Assembly (NCBI GenBank): GCA_041736155.1
Contig: JBGSUL010000032.1
Location: 166,479-230,478, forward strand
Reading direction: 5' to 3'
DNA: 64,000 nt
From: Bdellovibrionales bacterium
Lineage (GTDB): Bacteria; Bdellovibrionota; Bdellovibrionia; Bdellovibrionales; JAGQZY01
Shown here: positions 31,664 to 40,421 of the stretch, in pieces
Numbering within the stretch: position 1 is the first letter of the stretch
Layout of the letters: each line of letters starts with the position of its first letter
Notes under the pieces: model-generated
Told to the model about the DNA's origin: nothing
Seen by the model: the letters and a program-made list of their open reading frames with translations, nothing else
Database searches by the model: none
Made by a program: the position numbers and the translations under genes

Positions 31664-31728
31664 CAAAAAGGTACGCCGATCCTTTTTGCGACCGTCCGAG
31701 TCGCAAAAAGGATCGGCGTACCTTTTTG
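31664..31728. repeat. Palindrome with perfect 29-bp arms in the divergent intergenic region
   Basis: CAAAAAGGTACGCCGATCCTTTTTGCGAC (31664-31692), spacer cgtccga, GTCGCAAAAAGGATCGGCGTACCTTTTTG (31700-31728). The arms are exact reverse complements. Each arm also contains AAAAAGG-N9-CCTTTTT. Confidence 0.85.
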
Positions 31729-31752
31729 TCGCACGACGCATTATAGAAGGTT

Positions 31753-32898
31753 ATGGAAGAGCGGTTTAGCGGGAAAGTGCGGGATATTTCTTCGGAAGGT
31801 CACGGAGTGGTGGATCACCCTTCTGGCATGGTGTTTTTTGTCAAAGGCACCTGGCCTGGTGACGAAGGTGAATTTATTGTCGAGTCCCGACAGAAAAAAT
31901 ATGGCAGTGCACGAGTGGGGGAGCTGACCGTACACTCTCCGGATCGTCGTGAGGTTCCTTGCCCGCATTTAGGATGGCAGGTCGGCCGCTGTGGTGGTTG
32001 CGCTTGGATGATCGCCACAGAGGAGTCGCAGCTGTTTTACAAACAAAAACGTGTACAGTATTTACTCGAACGCAACCAGCTCATCTCGGCGCAAACAAGA
32101 GTGCTGCCGATTGCAGCTTCGGCAAAATCTTTGGGCTATCGCAATCGGGCGCAATTTAAAACCGATGGAAAAAAACTCGGCTACGTTTCTCCCCAAAGCA
32201 AGGTGATTGCCGAAATACAAGACTGTGTGATTTTGACAGAAAAAAATCGCGAGACCTTCCAAAACCTACTCAAGAAATTACCGCAGCCAGATTGGAAACC
32301 AGAAGGTCGCTATTTGTGGAGTTACATCGATATCGATGAAGGTGTCACAGCCGGGTCAGTGATGGTGAATCAGCGGCGCCCTTTTCGCCAAGCCAACAAC
32401 GAGCAAAATCAGTTTATGAAATCTTGGCTGAACGAAAAAATCAAAAATGAAAACAAAAATGCGAGAGTGGTGGAGCTCTTTGCAGGTTCTGGGAATTTCA
32501 CGCGTGTATTTGTCGAAGAAGGCTTTGAGTATATTTACAGTGCAGAGATGGACCAGAGCGCGGTCAAAAACCTGCAAGCTCATGATTGGCCAGGCGTACA
32601 AGGCTTTGTGGCTGATTTGTATCGGCCTGAGGAATGGAAAAAAATGCCGGTGGATGTGCGCTCTGCCGAGTTATTATTTCTCGATCCACCTCGGGAAGGA
32701 TTTTCGCTTCTGGAAAAGTATGTGGAAAGCTTCCCAAACCTCAAAAAAATTATTTATATTTCCTGCGAACCTTACGAGTGGGCTCAAAATATTCGTGGGC
32801 TCGTACAAAAACAATGGCGCCTGAGCGAAGTTCAACCTGTGGACCAGTTTCCGCAAACTCCTCATGTAGAATTGGTTTCTGTTTTAGAGCGCCATTAA
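31753..32898 (+). CDS. RumA/TrmA-family SAM-dependent RNA (uracil-5-)-methyltransferase with TRAM domain and Fe-S Cys cluster
   Basis: 381 aa with a TRAM-like N-terminus, Cys cluster CPHLGWQVGRCGGCAWM, SAM motif VELFAGSGNFT, LDPPREG and catalytic YISCEP. Confidence 0.8.
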   Translation: MEERFSGKVRDISSEGHGVVDHPSGMVFFVKGTWPGDEGEFIVESRQKKYGSARVGELTVHSPDRREVPCPHLGWQVGRCGGCAWMIATEESQLFYKQKRVQYLLERNQLISAQTRVLPIAASAKSLGYRNRAQFKTDGKKLGYVSPQSKVIAEIQDCVILTEKNRETFQNLLKKLPQPDWKPEGRYLWSYIDIDEGVTAGSVMVNQRRPFRQANNEQNQFMKSWLNEKIKNENKNARVVELFAGSGNFTRVFVEEGFEYIYSAEMDQSAVKNLQAHDWPGVQGFVADLYRPEEWKKMPVDVRSAELLFLDPPREGFSLLEKYVESFPNLKKIIYISCEPYEWAQNIRGLVQKQWRLSEVQPVDQFPQTPHVELVSVLERH

Positions 32899-32910
32899 TA
32901 CCCAACCTTT

Positions 32911-33039
32911 CTGAGTAAAGCGAAAGATCTGCGCAGGTTCTTCGCTTTGCTCAGTAAAGTTGCGATGCATTGTCTCAAAACAAAAAGGCCCACCGATGGC
33001 GAGCCTTCTTAGATCCTTCGGGGTATGCCCCTAGGAAGG
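32911..33039. repeat. Composite repeat module (left copy) flanking the 33044-33562 gene
   Basis: CTGAGTAAAGCGAAAGATC/GTTCTTCGCTTTGCTCAG inverted pair, then the shared terminator core and AGATCCTTCGGGGTATGCCC. The module order is shared with 33651-33785. Confidence 0.7.
32982..33007 (-). terminator. Intrinsic terminator of the 172-aa gene (possibly bidirectional)
   Basis: The minus strand reads AAGGCTCGCCATCGGTGGGCCTTTTT. It differs by one base from the glnA terminator at 33713-33738. Confidence 0.65.
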
Positions 33040-33043
33040 TTTG

Positions 33044-33562
33044 TTAGAAAGTCTCAGTGATAACTACGTCTAATTTAACTTCACAAACATAATTGCCGTT
33101 GCTCATAAAACCGAGATCTGTGAGAGATTTAATACGTCCCGCAACTTTGACATCGCAGTCGACTCCGCCGTCATGATAACATTGGCGAATGCCATTTTCT
33201 TCGGTCGTCGTAACAAACTTAGCGAGAAGATCCTTGTATTCACCGCAGTTGTTGTAAGGGCCTCTATTAAATTTTTGGGTTTCTTCATAAACGACGGACT
33301 TAATTTGTGGTTTTGTCGAAGTTTGATTGAGGGCGACTTTGACGTCGAGTTTGAGGCTATCGATCTCTCTTAAAACTTCTGAATACTTTTTGAAATCGTC
33401 GATTTCGAGTTTGCGATAATCAATGCTGTAGAGTTTATCGTAAACAACTTGCAAACGATCGACCAATGCCTCTGGAGTATCTTTTACTTCCGTATCGGCA
33501 GCCATAGATAAAGACGAAAAGCTTAGAATTGCAGTAACTAATATTAATATAAGTTTGTTCAT
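33044..33562 (-). CDS. Secreted hypothetical protein
   Basis: 172 aa with signal peptide MNKLILILVTAILSFSSLSMA and four Cys in the C-terminal half. The gene is bracketed by direct copies of the composite repeat. Confidence 0.7.
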   Translation of the reverse strand: MNKLILILVTAILSFSSLSMAADTEVKDTPEALVDRLQVVYDKLYSIDYRKLEIDDFKKYSEVLREIDSLKLDVKVALNQTSTKPQIKSVVYEETQKFNRGPYNNCGEYKDLLAKFVTTTEENGIRQCYHDGGVDCDVKVAGRIKSLTDLGFMSNGNYVCEVKLDVVITETF

Positions 33563-33650
33563 TTTTCCCCCTTAGGAAGCTCCTATATGATGGGGGCTGA
33601 TTTTAAAGTCAAAATATAATTTGGTTGGACGCGACTTTATAAATTTTTTT

Positions 33651-33785
33651 TGCGAAGATCCTTCGCTTTGCTCAGGACGACAGCACGACGCGAGAAGGTT
33701 CTGGTGCCAATAAAAAAGGCCCACCGATGGTGAGCCTTTGAGGTCCTTCGCGAGATCCTTCGGGCCATGCCCTCAAGATGACGGA
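33651..33785. repeat. Composite repeat module (right copy) between the 172-aa gene and glnA
   Basis: GCGAAGATCCTTCGCTTTGCTCAG, a variable segment, AAAAAGGCCCACCGATGGTGAGCCTT, then GAGATCCTTCGGGCCATGCCCTCAAGATGAC. Confidence 0.7.
33713..33738 (-). terminator. Intrinsic terminator of glnA
   Basis: The minus strand reads AAGGCTCACCATCGGTGGGCCTTTTTT, about 50 nt after the glnA stop. Confidence 0.7.
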
Positions 33786-33787
33786 CT

Positions 33788-35200
33788 TTACAGGTCGTAG
33801 TACATGTGGAATTCATACGGTGTTGGGCGCATTTGGATCGGCAACACTTCTTTGTCCATTTTGTACGTGACCCAGTTTTCGATAAAGTCTTTGCTGAACA
33901 CTTCACCCTTTAACAAGAAGTCGTGCTTCTGTGTCAGGTTCGCGAGTGTTTGCTCAAGCGTTCCTGGGATCGACGGAACTTTGGCCGCTTCTTGCGGAGG
34001 AAGCCCGTAAATGTCTTTATCTAGTGGATCACCGGGATGTATGCGATTTTGAATGCCATCAATACCGGCCATCAACAGAGCAGCAAACGACAAGTAAGGA
34101 TTGGATCCCGAATCAGGTGTGCGGAACTCAATACGTTTTGCGGCCGGGCTGTCGCCGGTATTGGGAATACGAATCGCCGCTGAGCGGTTTTTAAAACTGT
34201 AAGCCAATTTAATTGGCGCTTCAAAACCCGGGACCAAACGTTTGTAGGAGTTCGTAATCGGGTTGGTGAAGGCGCAAAGAGAGGGTGCGTGTTTTAAAAT
34301 TCCACCGACAAAAAACAAGGCCGTTTCGGAAAGTCCTGCGTACTGATTTCCAGCAAACAAGTTTTTGCCACCTTTCCACAAAGACATATGCACGTGCTGT
34401 CCAGAGCCATTGTCACCAAACAGAGGTTTTGGCATAAACGTTGCTGTTTTTCCATGGCGACGGGCCACGTTTTTCACGACATATTTAAACCATTGAAGAT
34501 CATCGGCGGATTTGACCAGTTCATTGAACTGATAATTGATTTCGCACTGAGCACAAGCCACTTCATAGTGATGGCGCTCTACAGTCATGCCGAGTTTTTC
34601 TAATTCCAAACAAATTTCTGTGCGCATATCGTGGAGATCATCCGTCGGCATGGCCGCGAAATAACCTTCTTTGTGACGAGGTTTAAAACCGAGATTGCTG
34701 CCGCCTTCATCGCGGCCACTGTTCCAGGCGCCCGAGACGGAATCGATTTGATAAAAACCACCGTACTGATTTTGGTTATAACGAATGTCATCAAAGATAA
34801 AAAACTCAGCTTCGGGTCCAAAGTAGGCGGTGTCGGCAATGCCTGTGGAGTTGAGATAAGCCAATGCTTTTTTCGCCAGTTGGCGAGAGTCGCGATCGTA
34901 AGGAGTCAGAGTCTCCGGCATCACCACATCACAGAGTAGAGACACGGTGGGGATCTGAGAGAACGGATCCATTTTTGTGGTGCTCGGATCAGGCATCAGC
35001 ACCATGTCGGATTCGTTGATGGCGCGCCAGCCGCGGCACGAAGAACCATCAAAACCCATACCTTCTTCGAAAATATCGGATTTCATTTTATGAATCGGGA
35101 TGGTCAAATGTTGCCATGTTCCGATCATATCGGTGAACTTCAGATCCACCATTTGCGCGCCTTGTTTGTAGGCGTAATCAATACTTTCTTGGGGCGTCAT
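33788..35200 (-). CDS. glnA: Glutamine synthetase type I
   Basis: 470 aa with GFDGSS, KPLFGDNGSGQHVHMSLW, NSYKRLVPGFEAP and an adenylylation-loop-like KDIYGLPPQE. Confidence 0.93.
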   Translation of the reverse strand: MTPQESIDYAYKQGAQMVDLKFTDMIGTWQHLTIPIHKMKSDIFEEGMGFDGSSCRGWRAINESDMVLMPDPSTTKMDPFSQIPTVSLLCDVVMPETLTPYDRDSRQLAKKALAYLNSTGIADTAYFGPEAEFFIFDDIRYNQNQYGGFYQIDSVSGAWNSGRDEGGSNLGFKPRHKEGYFAAMPTDDLHDMRTEICLELEKLGMTVERHHYEVACAQCEINYQFNELVKSADDLQWFKYVVKNVARRHGKTATFMPKPLFGDNGSGQHVHMSLWKGGKNLFAGNQYAGLSETALFFVGGILKHAPSLCAFTNPITNSYKRLVPGFEAPIKLAYSFKNRSAAIRIPNTGDSPAAKRIEFRTPDSGSNPYLSFAALLMAGIDGIQNRIHPGDPLDKDIYGLPPQEAAKVPSIPGTLEQTLANLTQKHDFLLKGEVFSKDFIENWVTYKMDKEVLPIQMRPTPYEFHMYYDL

Positions 35201-35264
35201 ATTTTACTCCTTTGTCCTTGCGAGGGGACATAATCAGTTTGGGTTTTATATAAAAAATTTTAAG

Positions 35265-35643
<379 letters not shown>

Positions 35644-35753
35644 AGAAACTCAAAAATTATTGTCAACACCTCGCGCGTTGTCTCTGGATTTGCGGACCGA
35701 GATGTTTTTTGTTATACCCCCAGATCTTTTTGAGTATTGCGGGAAGGGGAATA

Positions 35754-36338
35754 ATGGGGATTTGTTTCTTTCTTTATGGGGTTTATAGCGAGGGTCAGCC
35801 TTGTCATGAGCGCTTTAAAAATTTTATAATTAAATCGCAGCCGGCTTTTGTCAAAGCTTCACTTTATCAACTTCTCAGTGGCCTACAAATGATCGTCGGC
35901 GAGGGTGATCACACCATTCACGGCCAATTGGTAGAGCTGGATCTCCCTGAAAGTTCACAAGTCACTTTTGACGCCATTAATGGTTATTATGCCGATTTTA
36001 AAGAAAAGGCCATTATTTGGCGAGAAACTCTTCTTGTGCAAACAGAGCAAGGCCATGTGCCAGCGGAAGTTTATACCTTGAATCCCACTAAAAAAGATCA
36101 ATTCCGTCAGGTTGTGCCGAGCGAAGTGCCGAAGGAAGTATCAGATTCGCAGTTATTTGAAAAACTCACCGAGCGACACAAAACCTATATTTGTAAATTA
36201 GCCAAAGCCAAAGGGCGAGAAATTGTTCCTGTGGACTTGGCGCTTTACCGTGAGCTGATGGGGCTGGAGCTCATTGTTGATAAGGGACGTCGTCTGGCTC
36301 TTACACCTCTTGGCCAAGAAGTGAGCTACTTCTTATAA
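35754..36338 (+). CDS. Hypothetical protein with AIG2/gamma-glutamylcyclotransferase-like N-terminal domain
   Basis: ATG 35754 follows GGGAAGGGGA. The segment FFLYGVYSEGQPCHERF...ASLYQL...IHGQLVEL resembles a GGCT-like fold. The C-terminal half is unknown. Confidence 0.45.
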   Translation: MGICFFLYGVYSEGQPCHERFKNFIIKSQPAFVKASLYQLLSGLQMIVGEGDHTIHGQLVELDLPESSQVTFDAINGYYADFKEKAIIWRETLLVQTEQGHVPAEVYTLNPTKKDQFRQVVPSEVPKEVSDSQLFEKLTERHKTYICKLAKAKGREIVPVDLALYRELMGLELIVDKGRRLALTPLGQEVSYFL

Positions 36339-36820
36339 TGACAACCCCGCTGTTCCATATTGTTTTGGTGGAGCCGGAAATTCCTCACAACACAGGGAAT
36401 ATTGGGCGAACGTGTGTGGCAATGAACAGTCATCTGCATGTTGTGCAACCAGCCAGTTTTTCCTTCGACGAAAAAGACGTGCGCCGTGCGGGTCTGGACT
36501 ATTGGCAGCACCTTTCATTGACACAGCATGGAAGTTTTCCGGAATGGGAAAAAAGCATTGAGCCACAAAGATGCTTCTTTTTTACGACCAAGAGTCAGCG
36601 AGTCATTTACGATGTGCAGTGGCAACCGGGAGATACCATGGTTTTTGGGTCAGAAACTCGCGGTTTAGCAGCGCCCATCCTCGAAAAATATTCAACACAG
36701 CTGGTGACACTCCCGATGTTGGGGCCCACACGAAGTTTGAATTTATCCAATGCGGTGGCCATCGCCATCTATGAGGGCTACAGGCAAGTCCGGGCTGGAA
36801 ATTTCCTACCCTCCCCTTAA
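36338..36820 (+). CDS. trmL: tRNA (cytidine/uridine-34 2'-O)-methyltransferase, SpoU/TrmL family
   Basis: 160 aa with HIVLVEPEIPHNTGNIGRTC, VFGSETRGL and SLNLSNAVAIAIYE. Confidence 0.85.
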   Translation: MTTPLFHIVLVEPEIPHNTGNIGRTCVAMNSHLHVVQPASFSFDEKDVRRAGLDYWQHLSLTQHGSFPEWEKSIEPQRCFFFTTKSQRVIYDVQWQPGDTMVFGSETRGLAAPILEKYSTQLVTLPMLGPTRSLNLSNAVAIAIYEGYRQVRAGNFLPSP

Positions 36821-36843
36821 GGAATCAGGTAAGCTTGCAGCTT

Positions 36844-39522
36844 ATGTTAAAACTCATTTCTAAAATTATTGGCACTAAGCACGATCGTGAGATGAAAACC
36901 ATCCGCCCGATCTTAAATCAGATCAATCAACTGGAACCGCGTTTTCAAGCCATGAGCGAATCCGAGCTCAAAGCCATGACCCCGCAGTTTAAAGAACGTT
37001 ACGCCAAAGGGGAAACGCTCGATGAGCTTTTGCCAGAAGCGTTTGCCGTCTGCCGCGAAGCCAGCCGCCGCTGTCTTAACATGCGCCACTACGATGTGCA
37101 GATGATCGGTGGGTATGTTCTCCATCGCGGGTCCATCGCTGAGATGCGCACGGGGGAAGGTAAAACTCTCGTGGGAACTCTGGCCGTTTATCTCAACGCC
37201 CTCAGTGGTAAGGGTGTGCATGTTGTTACGGTGAACGATTATCTCGCTAAACGGGATGCCGAGTGGATGGGCCGTCTTTATTCGTATTTGGGATTAAAAA
37301 CGGGAATCGTTGTTCATGATCTCAGCGATGCAGAACGACAAGAAGCTTATCGTGCAGACATTACCTACGCGACCAACAACGAGCTGGGTTTTGATTACCT
37401 GCGCGACAATATGAAGTTCCGTTTGTCCGACTACGTGCAAAGAGATTTAAATTTTGCCATTGTCGATGAGTGCGATTCGATTCTCATCGATGAAGCGCGA
37501 ACTCCGCTGATTATTTCTGGTCCAGCCGAAGATAATACAAAACTGTATATGGAAGTTCACTCGGTCGTAAAACATCTCAAGCCAGATATTCATTTTACCA
37601 TGGAAGAAAAGAACCGTTCGGTGGCGATCACGGAAGAGGGCAATACCAAGTTAGAAGAGTTGATGGGTATTGGGAATCTTTATGATCCTGAGCATATCGA
37701 TCGACTTCATCATATTTACCAATCGCTGAAAGCCATTCATCTTTTTAAACGTGATGTGGATTACATGATCAAAGACAATGAGATTGTCATTGTCGATGAA
37801 TTCACCGGTCGTCTGATGGAGGGTCGTCGCTGGAGTGATGGCCTTCACCAAGCGGTGGAAGCTAAAGAAGGTGTGCATATTAAAAACGAAAACCAAACTT
37901 TGGCGTCGATCACCTTCCAAAATTATTTCCGCATGTATAACAAAATTTCGGGAATGACGGGAACGGCTGATACAGAGGCCGAAGAGTTTCGAAAGATCTA
38001 CAAATTAAATGTTTCCACCATTCCCACCAATCGTCCGATGGTGCGTAAAGATCAAGACGATGTGGTTTATAAAAGTGAAAATGGAAAATTCTCGTCCATC
38101 ATCAAAGACATCATTGAACGCCAAGCCAAGGGACAACCGGTGTTGGTGGGGACCGTCAGCATTGAGAAATCTGAGCTGTTGAGCTCGGAATTAAAAAAGA
38201 AAAACATCCCGCACACCGTTCTCAATGCCAAATATCACGAGCGCGAAGCGGAAATTATTGCTCAGGCCGGTCGTAAGGGTGCCGTGACCATTGCCACCAA
38301 CATGGCCGGTCGCGGAACCGATATTATTCTCGGCGGGAACCCAGAATTTATGGCGAAAGCGATTCATCCAGATACGGCGACAGAAGCTTACGCGCAGGCT
38401 TTTCAAAAATTTAAACAGCAGTGTGAAAAAGAAAAGCAGGAAGTTCTCGCGGCCGGAGGCCTTTATATTATCGGGACTGAGCGCCACGAATCACGTCGGA
38501 TCGACAATCAGCTGCGCGGTCGTTCGGGCCGTCAAGGGGACCCCGGAGAATCGCATTTCTATTTGTCTTTAGAAGACGATCTTATGCGCAAGTTCAATGG
38601 TGACCGTATTAAAAAAATTATGGACAGTCCGCTGTTTAATATTCCGGATGATGAACCGATGACAGCACGTATGGTGTCGCGCTCCATCGAAGGCGCTCAA
38701 CGCAAGGTCGAGGGTCATAACTTTGATATTCGTAAACATCTTTTAGAGTTTGATGATGTGATGAATTTACAGCGGACCAAAGTTTACTCCACCCGCCGCG
38801 CCCTCCTCGAAGAAGACGGCTCGGGCGCCAATCTTTTTGAAGACAAAATGAAAGAGATGATGAGTGAAGTGACCTCGGATTTATTGGATCTCTACGCCGG
38901 TGAAGGTGTAAAAAGATCCGAGTGGGATTTGCCAGCCTTGAGCATAGGTTTGGAGAAGCAATTTGCCGTGGAAGTGACGTTTGATCCGCAAATCTCCTCT
39001 GAGGAGTTGGTGGATAAAGTCAAGACGGTCATCCAACAAAAGTACGAAGAGCAAAAGCGTCTTATGGGCGAGCTTTTTGAAGATATTCAAAGAAGTCTTT
39101 TGTTGGGAGCCATTGATCATTATTGGAAAGAGCATCTTTATCGTGTGGATCGTATTCGCGAATCGGTGAATCTCAAGGCCTACGCGCAAAAAGATCCTTT
39201 GATGGAATACCGCAAAGAAACCTTCCAGGCGTTTGAGGAAATGAATCAGCGTGTGCGCAGCGATGCTGTGGAAAAATTCATGAAGCTCAAAGTGGTTGTG
39301 GAAAGTCAGCGTCGCAGCTCGGACATGGGGGCGGACGTCGCGGATGAGGTTGTGGATACGGCCGCTGAGCGCGAAGACGTTCTCGAGGCTTTGCGACCTA
39401 AGCAGCCACAAAAGATGACACTTTCAACAGGTGGATATACGGATGACGGAGACGACAAAGGAAGTCGTATCCAACGACGACAAAATGAAAAGGCCGTAAA
39501 GAAAAAGAAAAAACTTTTTTAA
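36844..39522 (+). CDS. secA: Preprotein translocase ATPase SecA (lacks C-terminal zinc-binding tail)
   Basis: MLKLISKIIGTKHDREMK, MRTGEGKTLV, DECDSILIDEARTPLIISG, LRGRSGRQGDPGES. The C-terminus ends ...KAVKKKKKLF without the CxCxSG...CH motif. Confidence 0.95.
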   Translation: MLKLISKIIGTKHDREMKTIRPILNQINQLEPRFQAMSESELKAMTPQFKERYAKGETLDELLPEAFAVCREASRRCLNMRHYDVQMIGGYVLHRGSIAEMRTGEGKTLVGTLAVYLNALSGKGVHVVTVNDYLAKRDAEWMGRLYSYLGLKTGIVVHDLSDAERQEAYRADITYATNNELGFDYLRDNMKFRLSDYVQRDLNFAIVDECDSILIDEARTPLIISGPAEDNTKLYMEVHSVVKHLKPDIHFTMEEKNRSVAITEEGNTKLEELMGIGNLYDPEHIDRLHHIYQSLKAIHLFKRDVDYMIKDNEIVIVDEFTGRLMEGRRWSDGLHQAVEAKEGVHIKNENQTLASITFQNYFRMYNKISGMTGTADTEAEEFRKIYKLNVSTIPTNRPMVRKDQDDVVYKSENGKFSSIIKDIIERQAKGQPVLVGTVSIEKSELLSSELKKKNIPHTVLNAKYHEREAEIIAQAGRKGAVTIATNMAGRGTDIILGGNPEFMAKAIHPDTATEAYAQAFQKFKQQCEKEKQEVLAAGGLYIIGTERHESRRIDNQLRGRSGRQGDPGESHFYLSLEDDLMRKFNGDRIKKIMDSPLFNIPDDEPMTARMVSRSIEGAQRKVEGHNFDIRKHLLEFDDVMNLQRTKVYSTRRALLEEDGSGANLFEDKMKEMMSEVTSDLLDLYAGEGVKRSEWDLPALSIGLEKQFAVEVTFDPQISSEELVDKVKTVIQQKYEEQKRLMGELFEDIQRSLLLGAIDHYWKEHLYRVDRIRESVNLKAYAQKDPLMEYRKETFQAFEEMNQRVRSDAVEKFMKLKVVVESQRRSSDMGADVADEVVDTAAEREDVLEALRPKQPQKMTLSTGGYTDDGDDKGSRIQRRQNEKAVKKKKKLF

Positions 39523-39547
39523 GTCTTACGAAAGAAGTATTCTTTTA

Positions 39548-39667
39548 GTATTCGTATTTTCGCGAACTTAATTTTTAGGACGTCGCCATCCCTGGCTGCT
39601 GCCGTCAAAACGGCGCATCCTGCGCGACGGAGGTCCTAAAAATCAACTTCGCGAAAATTCGAACAAC
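39548..39667 (+). repeat. MITE/REP-like long hairpin element, copy 1
   Basis: The core 39556-39659 differs from 49217-49319 by 4 substitutions and 1 indel. Arms are ATTTTCGCGAACTTAATTTTTAGGAC and GTCCTAAAAATCAACTTCGCGAAAAT. No coding capacity. Confidence 0.8.
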
Positions 39668-39707
39668 AAAGTAATATTTCCTTGATGCGGGTTGGGGATA
39701 AAAAAGA

Positions 39708-40421
39708 ATGGTGAAATGTCCGGAGTGTTCAAAAGCAGTGGATGCGGATTTCGGTATGACGACGTGCCCGCACTGTGAAGCCGTGTTTATGGTGGAAATC
39801 GATGGGTCAGTGAACGATCCTGTTGTCGAAGAGCAGTCGGCGGAAGAACTTGTTTTTGCAGATAACTCTTTAGACACGGCCAACGATAGCGCTGACGAAG
39901 TGAACGTCGAAGCTGGTGCTGGCGAGATCGAGCCTGAATTCCAACAAAATGATTCTACTGATGATTCTTACAGCGATTCACCAAGTTTCGACGAAGTTTC
40001 GAGCGATGACGGTGGTGGCGTGGATGAGAGGTTTTCATTGGATGAGTCCAATGAAGAGTCTTCCGATGAGGCAGAAGTTTCTGGAGATCCACTTAAAGAT
40101 CCCTTAGATTTGCAAAGATTTGATGAGTCGGGCGGATCAGAGATCTCCGATGGTGAACTTCTTTACGATATTATCTTGCAAGGATTGGACTCAGCCGAGC
40201 TGAAAAAAGATATTTTTGCAGCGCTCATGGATAAACGTTTTGCCCTTTCGGCAGAAGAAATGAGACGTGGTTTAAAGAGTGGAATTTTAACCCTCTCCAG
40301 CGTCAACCCTGTGCGTGCGATGCTGATTGTTCTTAAAATGCAGGAATTTGATGTCACTATCGAGTGGCGGCAAAGACATTTTACACAGCCGTCCAAAAAG
40401 GTGGAGGAGCCATCACCATGA
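39708..40421 (+). CDS. Zinc-ribbon protein with acidic low-complexity linker
   Basis: 237 aa. N-terminal MVKCPECSKAVDADFGMTTCPHCEAVF (CPxC...CPxC), a long D/E/S-rich region and a ~90-aa C-terminal domain. Confidence 0.7.
   Translation: MVKCPECSKAVDADFGMTTCPHCEAVFMVEIDGSVNDPVVEEQSAEELVFADNSLDTANDSADEVNVEAGAGEIEPEFQQNDSTDDSYSDSPSFDEVSSDDGGGVDERFSLDESNEESSDEAEVSGDPLKDPLDLQRFDESGGSEISDGELLYDIILQGLDSAELKKDIFAALMDKRFALSAEEMRRGLKSGILTLSSVNPVRAMLIVLKMQEFDVTIEWRQRHFTQPSKKVEEPSP

Noticed and set aside
31661-31927. 88-aa ORF starting in the guaC/methyltransferase spacer
   Set aside because: Its 5' part is the 29-bp-arm palindrome, and the rest is out of frame within the well-supported methyltransferase gene.
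33637-33906. 89-aa ORF containing ...VVLSKAKDL...
   Set aside because: It translates the dispersed GTCATCCTGAGCGAAGCGAAGG-type repeat and the glnA terminator, and it overlaps the glnA 3' end.
39605-39883. 92-aa ORF (and 49163..49387, 74 aa) spanning the hairpin repeat
   Set aside because: The shared peptide-like part merely translates the conserved repeat core. The sequence is palindromic, and both copies lie in different contexts with no common start or stop.
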